From Patescibacteria group bacterium (GTDB taxonomy: Bacteria > Patescibacteriota > Patescibacteriia > UBA1558 > GWA2-36-10): a stretch of 64,000 bases of DNA. The notes beneath the pieces were generated by a model. It saw only the letters and a program-made list of their open reading frames with translations. It did no database searches and was not told where the DNA came from. The position numbers were made by a program, and so were the translations under genes. The number at the start of each line of letters is the position of its first letter. Position 1 is the stretch's first letter. Below, one piece after another: positions 1-10,540 of this stretch. The stretch spans positions 753,469 to 817,468 of the forward strand of contig JAHJQF010000001.1 in the NCBI GenBank assembly GCA_018819405.1, read 5' to 3'.

Positions 1-2
1 TA

Positions 3-620
3 GATATTTTAAAAGAAAAAAATATCAAAGCTACTTTCTTTCTTGTTGGTTCACAAATACCAGCCAGAGAAAATATTGTCAAAAGAATTGTTGATGAAGG
101 CCATGAAATAGGAGTACATGAATGGTCGCAAGAAGGTCTACCAACGCCTGAGGCCATGAAAAATCCGCGTGAATACGCCAAAAGATTTATCGGTCCCAGA
201 CAAGATTTGGGGGATGTCAAAAAAACCAAAGACCTAATAACCAAAGTTAGTGGTCAAGAACCAAAACTAAGTAGAATGGCCGGAGTGCATGCGACTGTCG
301 ATAGTCTGCGTGAATTCCAAGCTATGAATCTGGATATCATACATGCCGATCCATACGATGTTTTGTTTATACCGCCAAGTAAAAAAATAGACTCCAAAAA
401 ATTACTCTCCCGAGCTCTAAAAAATAATGGCCACGGCAAAATCAGGCTCTTTCACATCGGGGCTATGACTGATCAAGGCATACCTTTGAGCAAAGACGAA
501 GTAGATATTGAAAATGGAGAAGTATATCCTCCAGAACAAACTCTGAAGATGATCAAAAGGTACATTGAAGACAGTCAAAGACAAGGTTATCAATTTGTGG
601 GTATAAAAGAATATATATAA
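3..620 (+). CDS. Polysaccharide deacetylase (NodB family), 5'-truncated by window edge
   Basis: Frame is open from base 3 and reads DILKEKNIKATFFLVG...IVDEGHEIGVH, the NodB/CE4 motifs; continues into the listed 156..620 ORF. Confidence 0.85.
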   Translation, partial: DILKEKNIKATFFLVGSQIPARENIVKRIVDEGHEIGVHEWSQEGLPTPEAMKNPREYAKRFIGPRQDLGDVKKTKDLITKVSGQEPKLSRMAGVHATVDSLREFQAMNLDIIHADPYDVLFIPPSKKIDSKKLLSRALKNNGHGKIRLFHIGAMTDQGIPLSKDEVDIENGEVYPPEQTLKMIKRYIEDSQRQGYQFVGIKEYI

Positions 621-622
621 AT

Positions 623-1117
623 ATGAAAAAATATACTTACCAGCAAAATAAAAAATACTATAACTCTTTGGATAAGAAGAGAATATCTGTTGGTACTTTA
701 TTTTTTGATAGCCAAGACAAACTCTTACTTGTAAAACCAACTTATAAAGATCATTGGGTTCTGGTAGGTGGCACTGTAGACAAAAATGAATCACCCCTGA
801 CCGCTGCCATTAGAGAAACAAAAGAAGAGTTAGACTTAACTGTCAAAAATTTGAGATTAATATCCGTAGAATACAAAAAATTTGATATCTACAAAAATGA
901 AGCTTTATTTTTTCTGTTTTATGGCGGCAGGTTATCAACCAAACAAATAAACAAAATAAAACTTCCCTATAGTGAATTATTAGATTTTAAATTTGTCAAT
1001 ATAAATAGTGCCAAAAAATTACTCAGCCTAACAATGGGCAGTAAATTGAACGCCTGTAGTAAAGCTATAAAAAACAAAACAATTGCCTATCATGAAAATG
1101 GTAAACAGCTAATATGA
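623..1117 (+). CDS. NUDIX hydrolase
   Basis: Nudix box GGTVDKNESPLTAAIRETKEELDL. Confidence 0.9.
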   Translation: MKKYTYQQNKKYYNSLDKKRISVGTLFFDSQDKLLLVKPTYKDHWVLVGGTVDKNESPLTAAIRETKEELDLTVKNLRLISVEYKKFDIYKNEALFFLFYGGRLSTKQINKIKLPYSELLDFKFVNINSAKKLLSLTMGSKLNACSKAIKNKTIAYHENGKQLI

Positions 1118-2205
1118 TTTACAAAAAAATAATCAGACCAATACTATTTTTGACCCCAGCTGAGTTTGCTCATGATTTGGCGCTTTTTTATCTGTCAATT
1201 TATAATAAAGTAAATTTTTTAAATAATATTTTATTCCATGTCTTAGGTACGACCACACCGCGTTTGAGACAAAAATTATTTGGTTTGTATTTCCGTACTC
1301 CTATAGGGCTACCAGCTGGAATGGACAAAAATATCAAGGCCCCGCGTACCTGGTCTAGTTTTGGTTTTGCTTGGTGCCAACTCGGTTCCATTACTTATAT
1401 GCCCCAAAAAGGCAATCCTAAACCCAGACTATGGCGTCTAAAACAGGATAAAGGTCTAGTTATAAATTATGGCTTATCAAATTTGGGAGCCAAAAAATCA
1501 GCCGAGATTTTGGCTAATGTCAAAAAGAGTAGAGGACTATGGTCAATTAGTATTGCCAAAAGCAATGACACGCCTATGGAACAAGCAGCCCAAGATTATG
1601 AAAAATCATTTAATATCCTGGGGAAATATGCTGATATAATTACTATCAATCTGAGCTGTCCAAATGTCAAAAATTTTGGTGGCTTACAAAAGCCCGAACT
1701 CTTGGAACCAATTTTGACAAAAATCACCAAAATAAATACCCATAAAAAACCAATCTGGATAAAAATTGGCATTGACCTAAACAAAGATGAACTTGACGGA
1801 ATTATAAGTCTGGTTAAAAAATATAAAATTGATGCTATAGTAGCTACTAATCTTTCCAAAGATAAAAGCCAACTTACTTTGAAATCACCAAATCAGTCCA
1901 AGCCGGGCAGCGTCTCTGGTCTTCCTATTCAGCAAAAGGCCGATAAGATAATTGCCTATCTTTACCAAAACTGCGAAAATAAATTTAAAATAATCGGCAC
2001 TGGCGGGATTTTTGATGCTCAAGATGCTTATACCAAAATAAAAGCCGGCGCTTCGCTCCTGCAAGTAGCTACCGGATTTATCTACGGAGGGCCAACTACA
2101 ATCCGAAATATAAATTTGGGCCTGGATAAGCTCTTGGCTAAAAATAACTTTAAACATATTTCTCAAGCCGTGGGTATAGAAGCCAAAAATTACAAATATG
2201 AATAA
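1114..2205 (+). CDS. pyrD: Dihydroorotate dehydrogenase, class 2 (quinone)
   Basis: PIGLPAGMDKN, GNPKPRLWRL, NLSCPN, GSVSG, IIGTGGI, KIKAGASLLQ motifs; N-terminal membrane-association helix. Confidence 0.9.
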   Translation: MIYKKIIRPILFLTPAEFAHDLALFYLSIYNKVNFLNNILFHVLGTTTPRLRQKLFGLYFRTPIGLPAGMDKNIKAPRTWSSFGFAWCQLGSITYMPQKGNPKPRLWRLKQDKGLVINYGLSNLGAKKSAEILANVKKSRGLWSISIAKSNDTPMEQAAQDYEKSFNILGKYADIITINLSCPNVKNFGGLQKPELLEPILTKITKINTHKKPIWIKIGIDLNKDELDGIISLVKKYKIDAIVATNLSKDKSQLTLKSPNQSKPGSVSGLPIQQKADKIIAYLYQNCENKFKIIGTGGIFDAQDAYTKIKAGASLLQVATGFIYGGPTTIRNINLGLDKLLAKNNFKHISQAVGIEAKNYKYE

Positions 2206-3718
2206 AAAATATCAGGATTATTATAAATACCGCGCCTTAGAAATATTACCAGGCTTTTTGGTTTGGACAACTTTTATAGTTGCTATATCCCTGTCTTTTC
2301 TAGCACCGCTCAAGGCTATTTATTTTATTATTGTTTTTGATGTCTACTTTGTCTTGAGAGTCCTTTATATGCTGATATTTTTGCTGATGAGCTGGTTCAA
2401 ATATCGCCAGGCAATCAGGACTGACTGGTGGAAATTTTTACAAACCACCCACAAACACTGGCCCGAGTATTATCATATTATATTTCTGCCGACAGCCGGT
2501 GAGCCTTTTGAAATAGTAGATACTACTTTTGACAACTTGGTCAACAAGACAAAATATGACCATAAAAAAATGATTATTGTCTTAGCCGGAGAAGAAAGAT
2601 ATGAAAACCAATTTAGAATAATTGCTGACCAAATAATCCAAAAATATTCTGAAAATTTTCACAAAATACTTGTCACTATCCACCCTGACAATGTAGAAGG
2701 GGAGATAAAAGGCAAGGGATCCAATTTATATTATGCTGGATATGAAACCAAAAAATATATTGATGATCAGGGATTTGATTATAAAAAGTTAATTGTTTCT
2801 ACTTTTGACATTGATACTATTTCTCATCCGGATTATTTTGCTTATTTGACCCATAAATTTCTAGCCCACAAAAACCCTTATAAAGTCAGTTTCCAGCCTA
2901 TGGCTTTTTATCACAACAACGTCTGGCAGTCTGATATTATCACTCGGGTGGTAGCCAACTCCACTACTTTTTGGTTGCTGACAGATCTAGCTCGTCCTGA
3001 CAGACTTTTTACTTTTTCTTCTCACTCTATGAGCTGGCAAGCACTAGTAGATATCGGATTTTGGCAAAACAATATTGTCACGGAAGACTCGCGTATATTT
3101 TTGCAGTGCTTGATAAAATATAATGGTGACTACAAAGTAGAGCCTATGCATATACCAGTTTCTATGAATACAGTCTATGTTGGCCAGATAAAACGCAGTT
3201 TGATAAATCAATATAAACAAATGCGTCGCTGGGCCTACGGAGTAGAGCATTTTCCTTATATGGTCTGGAGGTTTAGACAAAATAAAATGATACCCGCCAG
3301 TAAAAAATGGATATATGTGTGGAATCAAACTGAAGGAATATATTCTTGGGCAACAGTACCAATCCTTGTAATGTTTATGGGCTATTTACCGCTCTGGGTA
3401 GCTGAAAAGCAAAACCTGACTAATGTCCTGACCCAAAATGCCCCAATAGTACTGGAGCAAATTATGCGTTTTGGTATGATTGGTATTTTCCTAATCGCTA
3501 TTATGAGTGTTATTATATTGCCGCCCATGCCAAAAAACTTTGACAGAAAAATCAGTTCAAAAATTTTTAGATATTTACTGATGTTTGTCCAGTGGCTGAT
3601 ATTTCCGGTGACCATGATAATTTTTGGTTCTATCCCAGCTGTTGATGCCCAGACCAGACTGATGCTTGGCAAATATCTTGGTTTTTGGGTAACTGAAAAA
3701 AATCATCTTGATAATTAA
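2198..3718 (+). CDS. Membrane-bound GT2 glycosyltransferase
   Basis: N- and C-terminal TM helices, DID, TED and QMRRW motifs. Confidence 0.85.
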   Translation: MNKKYQDYYKYRALEILPGFLVWTTFIVAISLSFLAPLKAIYFIIVFDVYFVLRVLYMLIFLLMSWFKYRQAIRTDWWKFLQTTHKHWPEYYHIIFLPTAGEPFEIVDTTFDNLVNKTKYDHKKMIIVLAGEERYENQFRIIADQIIQKYSENFHKILVTIHPDNVEGEIKGKGSNLYYAGYETKKYIDDQGFDYKKLIVSTFDIDTISHPDYFAYLTHKFLAHKNPYKVSFQPMAFYHNNVWQSDIITRVVANSTTFWLLTDLARPDRLFTFSSHSMSWQALVDIGFWQNNIVTEDSRIFLQCLIKYNGDYKVEPMHIPVSMNTVYVGQIKRSLINQYKQMRRWAYGVEHFPYMVWRFRQNKMIPASKKWIYVWNQTEGIYSWATVPILVMFMGYLPLWVAEKQNLTNVLTQNAPIVLEQIMRFGMIGIFLIAIMSVIILPPMPKNFDRKISSKIFRYLLMFVQWLIFPVTMIIFGSIPAVDAQTRLMLGKYLGFWVTEKNHLDN

Positions 3719-3744
3719 AAATTTATAAATATTAATTTTAATAT

Positions 3745-5292
3745 ATGATTAAAATAAAACAAAAAGTCTTTATTTTTTCACTATCTTTTTTTGGCCTAAT
3801 AGTCTTTGCACAATTTGCCAAAGCCGTTACTGTTGCTATCGGTCCAAATGCCAGTGAGATAAAACAAACTTATGTCGGCAGTTTTTTGGTAGAGGACAAT
3901 AATTTCCAACACCGCTATTGGTATATTGAGCCCACTAGTCAAGAAAGGTATTTAATAAAAGATGGTGTCAGTGTCTCCAAACTACTCAAAAAAATCGGCG
4001 AAGCCACTCACAACATCGAGCTAGATAAAATATCATCTGACTACAACAAGGCCTATGACAATAGAGGTGAAATACTTATTCAAGTTGATGAAAAGGGTGA
4101 AGCTTGGTATATCAATCCTATAGATTTAAAAAAATACTATTTACAAAATGGTAAAGATGGCTTTGCTACTATCCAAAAATTAGCTTTAGATATTTCGACA
4201 GTCAAACTCAATGCTATACCAATTACCAAAGATCCTGAATTTGATTTAAACTCAGACTTTGATATTAATTTTGGCATGTATAACACTGTCAAAGAAACCC
4301 TAAAAAATAATTTTTTCAAACCTGATAAAGTAAAAGATTTGGATCTTTTTTATGGCTCACTAAAAGGCATGTCCGACTCTCTGGGCGATCAATATACCAC
4401 ATTTTATACACCCAATAAAAATACTCAATTTAAAGAAAGACTAGAAGGCCAGGTAGAGGGTATTGGCGCTATGGTTGACACCATAAATGGCCTATTTACT
4501 ATTATTAGCCCCTTAGAGGGCTCACCAGCTCAAAGAGTTGGGCTGTTGCCTGACGATCAAGTTCTATTTGTAGATGGTGTAGATATCAGTGGATACTTAT
4601 TAGAAGATGCCACCGAACTTATCAAAGGTCCCGCCGGCACTGAAGTAACTCTTAATGTTTATAGACCAAGTGAAAACAAATATTTTGATTTGACTATTAC
4701 CCGGGAAAAAATACAAGTTCAAAATGTGAGCGCAAAAATGTTAAACAATAATATTGCCTATATAAAGATAAATATGTTTTCGCTAAACACTAAGTCTGAA
4801 TTTGACAACATCAAAAATAATTTTATCAAAGATGATACTCGTGGAATTATTATTGACTTGCGAAATAACCCAGGTGGTTACACTGACCCCTCGGTAAATA
4901 TAGCCGATTACTTTTTGCCTGAAGGTGTACCAATATTTTTTGAAGAATTTCCAAATATAAGTTATCAATATACTTCACGTATAGACAAAGAAATAGATAT
5001 ACCAACTGTAATTTTGGTCAATGGCGGCACTGCCTCAGCGGCAGAAATATTTAGCTCCGCTTTACAGGAAAATGGCCGAGCTCAATTGGTGGGTCAGCTT
5101 ACTTTTGGTAAAGGTACTGGTCAGAGTTTACAAAATTTTGCTGATGGCAGCGCCCTCAAGTACACTATCTTTGAATGGTTAACCGCCAAAAGAAACTCTA
5201 TAGAAGATGTTGGCATTACTCCTGATTACATTGTAGAAAATAACCCTTATAGTGATTTACAATTGCAAAAAGCTCTGGATTTGCTAAAATAA
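3745..5292 (+). CDS. S41 family C-terminal processing peptidase (CtpA-like) with PDZ domain and N-terminal extension
   Basis: Signal peptide; GIGA PDZ start; IIDLRNNPGG, TASAAEIF, TFGKG motifs. Confidence 0.9.
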   Translation: MIKIKQKVFIFSLSFFGLIVFAQFAKAVTVAIGPNASEIKQTYVGSFLVEDNNFQHRYWYIEPTSQERYLIKDGVSVSKLLKKIGEATHNIELDKISSDYNKAYDNRGEILIQVDEKGEAWYINPIDLKKYYLQNGKDGFATIQKLALDISTVKLNAIPITKDPEFDLNSDFDINFGMYNTVKETLKNNFFKPDKVKDLDLFYGSLKGMSDSLGDQYTTFYTPNKNTQFKERLEGQVEGIGAMVDTINGLFTIISPLEGSPAQRVGLLPDDQVLFVDGVDISGYLLEDATELIKGPAGTEVTLNVYRPSENKYFDLTITREKIQVQNVSAKMLNNNIAYIKINMFSLNTKSEFDNIKNNFIKDDTRGIIIDLRNNPGGYTDPSVNIADYFLPEGVPIFFEEFPNISYQYTSRIDKEIDIPTVILVNGGTASAAEIFSSALQENGRAQLVGQLTFGKGTGQSLQNFADGSALKYTIFEWLTAKRNSIEDVGITPDYIVENNPYSDLQLQKALDLLK

Positions 5293-5324
5293 GATTAGCT
5301 ATCTAAAAAATTAATATTTTTTAT

Positions 5325-5918
5325 ATGAGCCTTGAACAAGTACCACTGGAAACAAAAAAATCTGAAATGGACACTTTACTCGATCAATTGCAGGCTTTAG
5401 ATAAAACTTCAGCTGATTATGAAAAGCAAAAATCCGCACTTTTAGAGCAAATGAAACCACTGTCTGAAAATATAGCCGAAGAAAAAAAGATGGCTGATTT
5501 GGGTGGGCGGGAAAAGGAATTTTATTTTGCAAATGTGCTTGATGATCTTCAAAGAATTGCCGATACCAAACTACCGAGAGCTGAAATTGAAAGCGAAGCT
5601 AGCGAAAATAAAGAAACATCTGCCGATCTATTACAATATCGTAAAAATATTTTAGAAAGTGTCCAAAGTTTGATAAATACTGGACACAAGCTCCAAAAAT
5701 TTTTAGAGGGAAGAGACTTTTTGATAAAAAAAAGATTTTCTGACGCTGATAAACAACTTATAGCAGGTAAAATACAAATTATTATTGACCAAGTATTAGC
5801 TGATATGTCTGACTACAACCCCAACGATATAGCTAGCGCTAAAAAAACTCATGAAAATATTCAACAGGCTTTTGCCCGATTTACTATCATAATGAAAACA
5901 TATAATTTAAAATACTAA
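5325..5918 (+). CDS. Hypothetical helical/coiled-coil protein
   Basis: 197-aa ORF with host-like composition; no motif recognised. Confidence 0.6.
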   Translation: MSLEQVPLETKKSEMDTLLDQLQALDKTSADYEKQKSALLEQMKPLSENIAEEKKMADLGGREKEFYFANVLDDLQRIADTKLPRAEIESEASENKETSADLLQYRKNILESVQSLINTGHKLQKFLEGRDFLIKKRFSDADKQLIAGKIQIIIDQVLADMSDYNPNDIASAKKTHENIQQAFARFTIIMKTYNLKY

Positions 5919-5948
5919 AAAAGAATCTGGAATGCCCTATGAACAAAT

Positions 5949-6893
5949 CTAACTAAATTTTTGAGACAAATATTTAAAGTAGCCGCGGACAAACTCTGCG
6001 GCTTTTAGTATCTTTTTATTAGCTGGCTGTAGTTCCAAAATTTTCAATGATTTTTCACTTGTACCAACTACCAAATCATTATTTATTTCACCAGGTGTCA
6101 AAGCAATATCTACTACTTCTGTTTTTAGTATTTTGATATCCAAATCTCCCAGCTTGGTATAAGCTGACGGCCAAGGATAAAATGCTCTGACTTGATTATG
6201 AATTTCTTGAGCAGATTTTTGCCAGTCAATACGCCCGTCTTCTTTGCTAATCATTTTACAATATGTTGCTTTATCGTCATCCTGAGGTAGGGGACTAATT
6301 TTACCAGCCAAATAATCTGGTAATTTTTCTGACAATATTTGAGCTCCTATGATAGCCAATCGCTGCGATAGTTCAATATAGCTCTCATTAGGGTCTATTT
6401 TGACCTGAATTTGGCCTAAAATTGGCCCGTGATCCATTTTTTTGTCCAGTTGCATAAGTGATAGCCCAGTGGACTCAAAACCTCTTAAAATAGCCGTTTG
6501 AATAGGACTAGGACCGCGTAGCTCAGGGAGCATAGAAGGATGAATATTAATAGCTGGCAACTGAGATAAATCGAGTATTTCTTGAGGAATAATTTTACCA
6601 TAAGCTACTACCAAAAAAGTAGCCGGCAAATATTTCTTGAGAGCATTAGTAAAAGATTGATCCAGTTTTTCTGGTTCCAAAATAGCTATATTGTTTTCCA
6701 AAGCATATTCTTTGACAGGGGAGCTAGCCATTTTTTTACCACGTCCGGTCTGACGATCAGGTTGAGTAATGACCAAAGACAAAAATCCCAAATCATGAAC
6801 AGATTTTAAAGAAGGCAGCGCAAACTCTGGCGTGCCCCAAAAAATTATTTTTGTACTAAGTGAAGTTAAAGTGTTATTTTGATTGAGCATCAA
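5949..6893 (-). CDS. fmt: Methionyl-tRNA formyltransferase
   Basis: IIFWGTPEFA, VITQPDR, INIHPSMLPELRGPSPIQ, MDHGPI motifs; follows def. Confidence 0.95.
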   Translation of the reverse strand: MMLNQNNTLTSLSTKIIFWGTPEFALPSLKSVHDLGFLSLVITQPDRQTGRGKKMASSPVKEYALENNIAILEPEKLDQSFTNALKKYLPATFLVVAYGKIIPQEILDLSQLPAINIHPSMLPELRGPSPIQTAILRGFESTGLSLMQLDKKMDHGPILGQIQVKIDPNESYIELSQRLAIIGAQILSEKLPDYLAGKISPLPQDDDKATYCKMISKEDGRIDWQKSAQEIHNQVRAFYPWPSAYTKLGDLDIKILKTEVVDIALTPGEINNDLVVGTSEKSLKILELQPANKKILKAAEFVRGYFKYLSQKFS

Positions 6894-7374
6894 TTTTCTT
6901 TTTTAGATCATCTAATATTTCCTGACCTTTGGTAATTTTACTAGCCCGATCAATAAATAATATTCCGTCCAAGTGATCTACCTCGTGCTGTATGACTACC
7001 GCATCCATACCTTTTACTTTTTCTTTGACAACATTACCATCTAGGTCTTGATATTTTACATGAATTTTTTTAGGACGAGATACAAAGCCAAATATTTGAG
7101 GCAGCGACAAACAGCCCTCTTCACTACTAGCCTTATCTCTAGAGCGATAGGTGATTTCAGGATTTATATAAGACTTATATTTTCCTTGACCAAGACCCAA
7201 TACAATTATTCTTAGGCTTTTAGACACCTGCGGACCAGCTAGGCCAATACCATCGTCTTGATACATAGCTTCAGACATTTGCTCAGCCAATTTTTTCAGA
7301 TCATCATTAAATTCACTAATTTCCTTAGCTCTTTTACGTAAAATTGAATCTGGATATTTAGCAATATTTAGCAT
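6874..7374 (-). CDS. def: Peptide deformylase (start revised to ATG at 7374)
   Basis: GIGLAGPQV, EGCLS, QHEVDHLDG motifs; MLNIAKYPD start lies just downstream of a promoter. Confidence 0.95.
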   Translation of the reverse strand: MLNIAKYPDSILRKRAKEISEFNDDLKKLAEQMSEAMYQDDGIGLAGPQVSKSLRIIVLGLGQGKYKSYINPEITYRSRDKASSEEGCLSLPQIFGFVSRPKKIHVKYQDLDGNVVKEKVKGMDAVVIQHEVDHLDGILFIDRASKITKGQEILDDLKKKIDAQSK

Positions 7375-7381
7375 ATCTAAT

Positions 7382-7410
7382 ACTATAATATAAAATTGCT
7401 TTTTTGTCAA
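7382..7410 (-). promoter_or_regulatory. Sigma70 promoter of def-fmt (TTGACA-N17-TATAGT), probably giving a leaderless mRNA
   Basis: Minus strand reads TTGACA aaaaagcaattttatat TATAGT; ATG is 7 nt after the -10 box. Confidence 0.7.
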
Positions 7411-7486
7411 TCCTAAACAACTATTTATATGACTTACAGGACAGACCACTAATGACTAAAAAACATTTATTTGCTAATATATTAAT

Positions 7487-7738
7487 ATGCAACAAATAGC
7501 TGATATATTCAAAGATAAAAAAGACATAAAAAAAGCCCCGGCCTACCAGTGGCAAGATTTTGCTCTCAAAATTATAGAGGAATTGGGCGTGCCAAATTTC
7601 AAACGCAATTCGGTCTTTAAAATTTGCAAAGACTATGACCGAGTATTTGTAGAAAAATGTCTAGATGACACCAAAGAGTTGGCACAAGGAGGCGACAAAT
7701 GGAAATATTTTTTTAAATTAATTGCTAATAAAAAATAA
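7487..7738 (+). CDS. Small hypothetical protein
   Basis: 83-aa ORF with PAYQWQD and WKYFFK motifs; host-like composition. Confidence 0.65.
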   Translation: MQQIADIFKDKKDIKKAPAYQWQDFALKIIEELGVPNFKRNSVFKICKDYDRVFVEKCLDDTKELAQGGDKWKYFFKLIANKK

Positions 7739-8047
7739 ATGACTCAAGAACAAGAACGAAAAATTTTAAAAATAATCTGGTATTTATTAATTAGTTTAGT
7801 CCTTGGTATTTTTCCATACCTGTTAATAAGGCATTTTGAAATTTTTGATTGGTCTGAAATGGGGCCTTTTACAAAAGTTCAACTGGTGATTCTAATTTTG
7901 CAAATTTTTCTCATTATTCCTCTTATAAAAACATATGACCGAAAAATGCATGATCAATTAAGTATTGATAAGCTACGAGCTAACGTCGTTATTAGTTTTC
8001 TGGTCGCAGTATGGGTTTTTCTTTATATTTTACTTTTTGATTTTTGA
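7739..8047 (+). CDS. Hypothetical membrane protein (3 TM)
   Basis: Three hydrophobic segments; abuts the upstream ORF. Confidence 0.6.
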   Translation: MTQEQERKILKIIWYLLISLVLGIFPYLLIRHFEIFDWSEMGPFTKVQLVILILQIFLIIPLIKTYDRKMHDQLSIDKLRANVVISFLVAVWVFLYILLFDF

Positions 8048-8059
8048 AATTATATTACC

Positions 8060-8092
8060 AAAAAACCCGCCGAGCTTCTCTCGGCGGGTTTT
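8060..8092. terminator. Bidirectional intrinsic terminator
   Basis: aaaaacccgccgag-cttct-ctcggcgggtttt between convergent genes. Confidence 0.85.
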
Positions 8093-8095
8093 AAA

Positions 8096-8884
8096 TTAGA
8101 ATTTAAAATGCTCAACTAAATATCCTATACCAAACGGCGCTTCATAGCTCAGTTTTTCCGGTTGATAGTTGAGCTCTTTTATTATTCCCAAAAGTATAAT
8201 CAAAGATCTAAGTCCACATTCACCAGCCTCTTGGATAAGCTCAGGGTCTATATGTATCACACCACTTATATCTTTTTCTTCCAAAAGTTTGATAAGTGTT
8301 TGATCAAATTCTTGCGCCCTTGGTGAATAACCAGCCGGAGAATCCTGATGAAGCCTGTGAGACAAATCACCAGAAGCAATTACAGCGATTCGTTTATCAG
8401 ATAGATTAATCTGACGACGAATTATTTCTCCAAACTTTATATGGTCTTCATATGACAAGCTAGAATATCCCACACTAACTATTTTTACTCCGGGTAAATG
8501 TTGAGCCAGATAAAACAGTGGCACAGAACTTCCATAATCAAGATCCCTATCGGCAGTCAAAATCAAAGGAAAAAATTCTTCACATGATTCTTTAATTTTA
8601 TAGCCAAAGCCAATCTCATTGCCAAAATCTATTTTGGTCACCAAATCACCAAAGTCCTTAAAATTGACTGTTAAATTTGGATACTGATTGATAGTAAAAA
8701 AATCTCCACCTTTTTTGTTGGCATGTGGGGATATTACCAATAAAACATCCGGTTTTACAGAATACAAATCATTCTCTAGATGCTTCAAAGACTCTATAGT
8801 ATCTTTTAATTTATCAATGTTTTCTTTGCCCACCTCTGGGATCAAAACCGGAGAATGAGGGACAAAGGCTGCAAAACTAATCAT
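8096..8884 (-). CDS. AmmeMemoRadiSam protein B / MEMO1-LigB-like dioxygenase-fold protein
   Basis: PHSPVLIP, VISPH, LDYGSSVPL, IASGDLSH, ECG, YEAPFGIGY motifs. Confidence 0.85.
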   Translation of the reverse strand: MISFAAFVPHSPVLIPEVGKENIDKLKDTIESLKHLENDLYSVKPDVLLVISPHANKKGGDFFTINQYPNLTVNFKDFGDLVTKIDFGNEIGFGYKIKESCEEFFPLILTADRDLDYGSSVPLFYLAQHLPGVKIVSVGYSSLSYEDHIKFGEIIRRQINLSDKRIAVIASGDLSHRLHQDSPAGYSPRAQEFDQTLIKLLEEKDISGVIHIDPELIQEAGECGLRSLIILLGIIKELNYQPEKLSYEAPFGIGYLVEHFKF

Positions 8885-8889
8885 TAAAT

Positions 8890-10377
8890 TTATTTAACAG
8901 AGGTTAATTCTTGACTTGGTAATGGCTCACCAATTTTGTGTAAATTCATCAGTTTGGTGGATACAGTTTTAACATTAACCCAAGAATAGCCTAGTTTTTC
9001 AAAAGTATAAGCATCAGGTATCCAACGTTTATAGCCATCTGATATTACATATACACTGCTGTCAGTATCTTTTTTAATCAAGGTGCCATCAGCCAGTTTT
9101 ATTGGGGTAGATAATGGAGTTTCTTCCAAAGTCTTAGCAGTCACTACTTTTATTTCCAGTTCTGGATAGTTCAAACCTATTATTTCCGCATCTATTATCT
9201 GGTGTTTTTTACCGTCCTTTACTAAATAATAAGTTTCACTGTCCATGGCCTGCCATATTTCTTCAAACGGACTGGCGTTAGTTGCTAGATCTTCACCGTT
9301 TTGATAATAAGCTAATTCAATATCAGTGACTGGTTCTACCTCAGCTGGATTAAAACCTAGTTGACGGAAAGCTTCGTCAGACACTATCAAGCGTTTAGTC
9401 AAACCATCTATCAAATATTTTTGACTAGCTGGTGATTCAAGTACAGAATAATTAGCATGGGCAATAGGGGCTCCGTTTTCATAATTGTTTAGATCCTGCC
9501 CGTCAATCAATAAGACTTTGGCTGGGTCATATCTGGAGATAAGCGAGCTCATATCAGCAAAGGCTCTTTTCTGGCCATCTTCAATTAAATATATTGTGCC
9601 GTCCTGGCTATCTTTGGCTTTTACCAAAGCCCCGTCAGGGAAAATACCAAGTAATGTTATGATTGGAGGAATTATTTCACCTGGCTCACCACCAAAACCA
9701 AACTGAGACCATAAAGTGGCAAACAAACTATTGCCATGCACATGCGGAGTGTAAAGATACATAGCGGCTGTGATGGCATTTGCCGGAGTGACTACTGTAC
9801 CTTTTGAAGTACAGGGCAAAAATGGATTTGGGTCATCAGCACAAGCCGGCTGACCAGGTTTCCAGTTGTAACTATAGATATTGTCTACAAACCACCTAAA
9901 TTGTTGAGCAGCTGCTCTGACTTGTTTACCAAATCCGCTAGTACGAAAGTCACAACCTCCACTATCAGGACAAGCATAACCCATAGCATATTTAAGTTGG
10001 TTTTCCACAATATCATGGTCGGTTATCAAACTCATTTCTTTTTCTAGCATAGTCAAGAGAAATTGTGGATTTACTTTTGACTCTTGGGCAGAATTATATA
10101 TAATCTCGGCCGCTGTCCTAGTCTTAAAATACTTTTTATCAGGATCAAGTGCCAGTTGACTAGGTGAAGGATTATTACCCATATATGTATAATCAGCCAA
10201 ATAACTATTTTTTGACTCTAGCCAAGTTTGTATATCATCAGTATCCATTGTCTGATAATTGTTGAACTCGGCATCTGAGACAATATTATTATAATCTACT
10301 GCCGCTTGAGCAAAAATAGGAAATATAAAGAAAAACAAAGCTAAAATTGGTATTTTCTTCTTGAAAAAATAAGTCAT
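8890..10377 (-). CDS. Secreted protein with lysozyme-like/cell-wall-hydrolase-like N-domain and C-terminal DG.L.K...VY.I repeats
   Basis: Signal peptide; VNPQFLLTMLEKE, AMGYACPD, YLYTPH; repeated DGALVKAK..IYLI / DGTLIKKD..VYVI units. Confidence 0.6.
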   Translation of the reverse strand: MTYFFKKKIPILALFFFIFPIFAQAAVDYNNIVSDAEFNNYQTMDTDDIQTWLESKNSYLADYTYMGNNPSPSQLALDPDKKYFKTRTAAEIIYNSAQESKVNPQFLLTMLEKEMSLITDHDIVENQLKYAMGYACPDSGGCDFRTSGFGKQVRAAAQQFRWFVDNIYSYNWKPGQPACADDPNPFLPCTSKGTVVTPANAITAAMYLYTPHVHGNSLFATLWSQFGFGGEPGEIIPPIITLLGIFPDGALVKAKDSQDGTIYLIEDGQKRAFADMSSLISRYDPAKVLLIDGQDLNNYENGAPIAHANYSVLESPASQKYLIDGLTKRLIVSDEAFRQLGFNPAEVEPVTDIELAYYQNGEDLATNASPFEEIWQAMDSETYYLVKDGKKHQIIDAEIIGLNYPELEIKVVTAKTLEETPLSTPIKLADGTLIKKDTDSSVYVISDGYKRWIPDAYTFEKLGYSWVNVKTVSTKLMNLHKIGEPLPSQELTSVK

Positions 10378-10540
10378 GTTTTTAGGTTATTTATTATTTT
10401 TAGTTTATTTATTATAGCAAAAAAATCAACATCTGACCATTGATTTTTAAAGGCCAATAAGCTAAAATCAAAGTATGTCCAGTAAAAAATTCTAATACTA
10501 GCTAATACTGGGATAAAATAAAATAACTATTGATTTCTAA

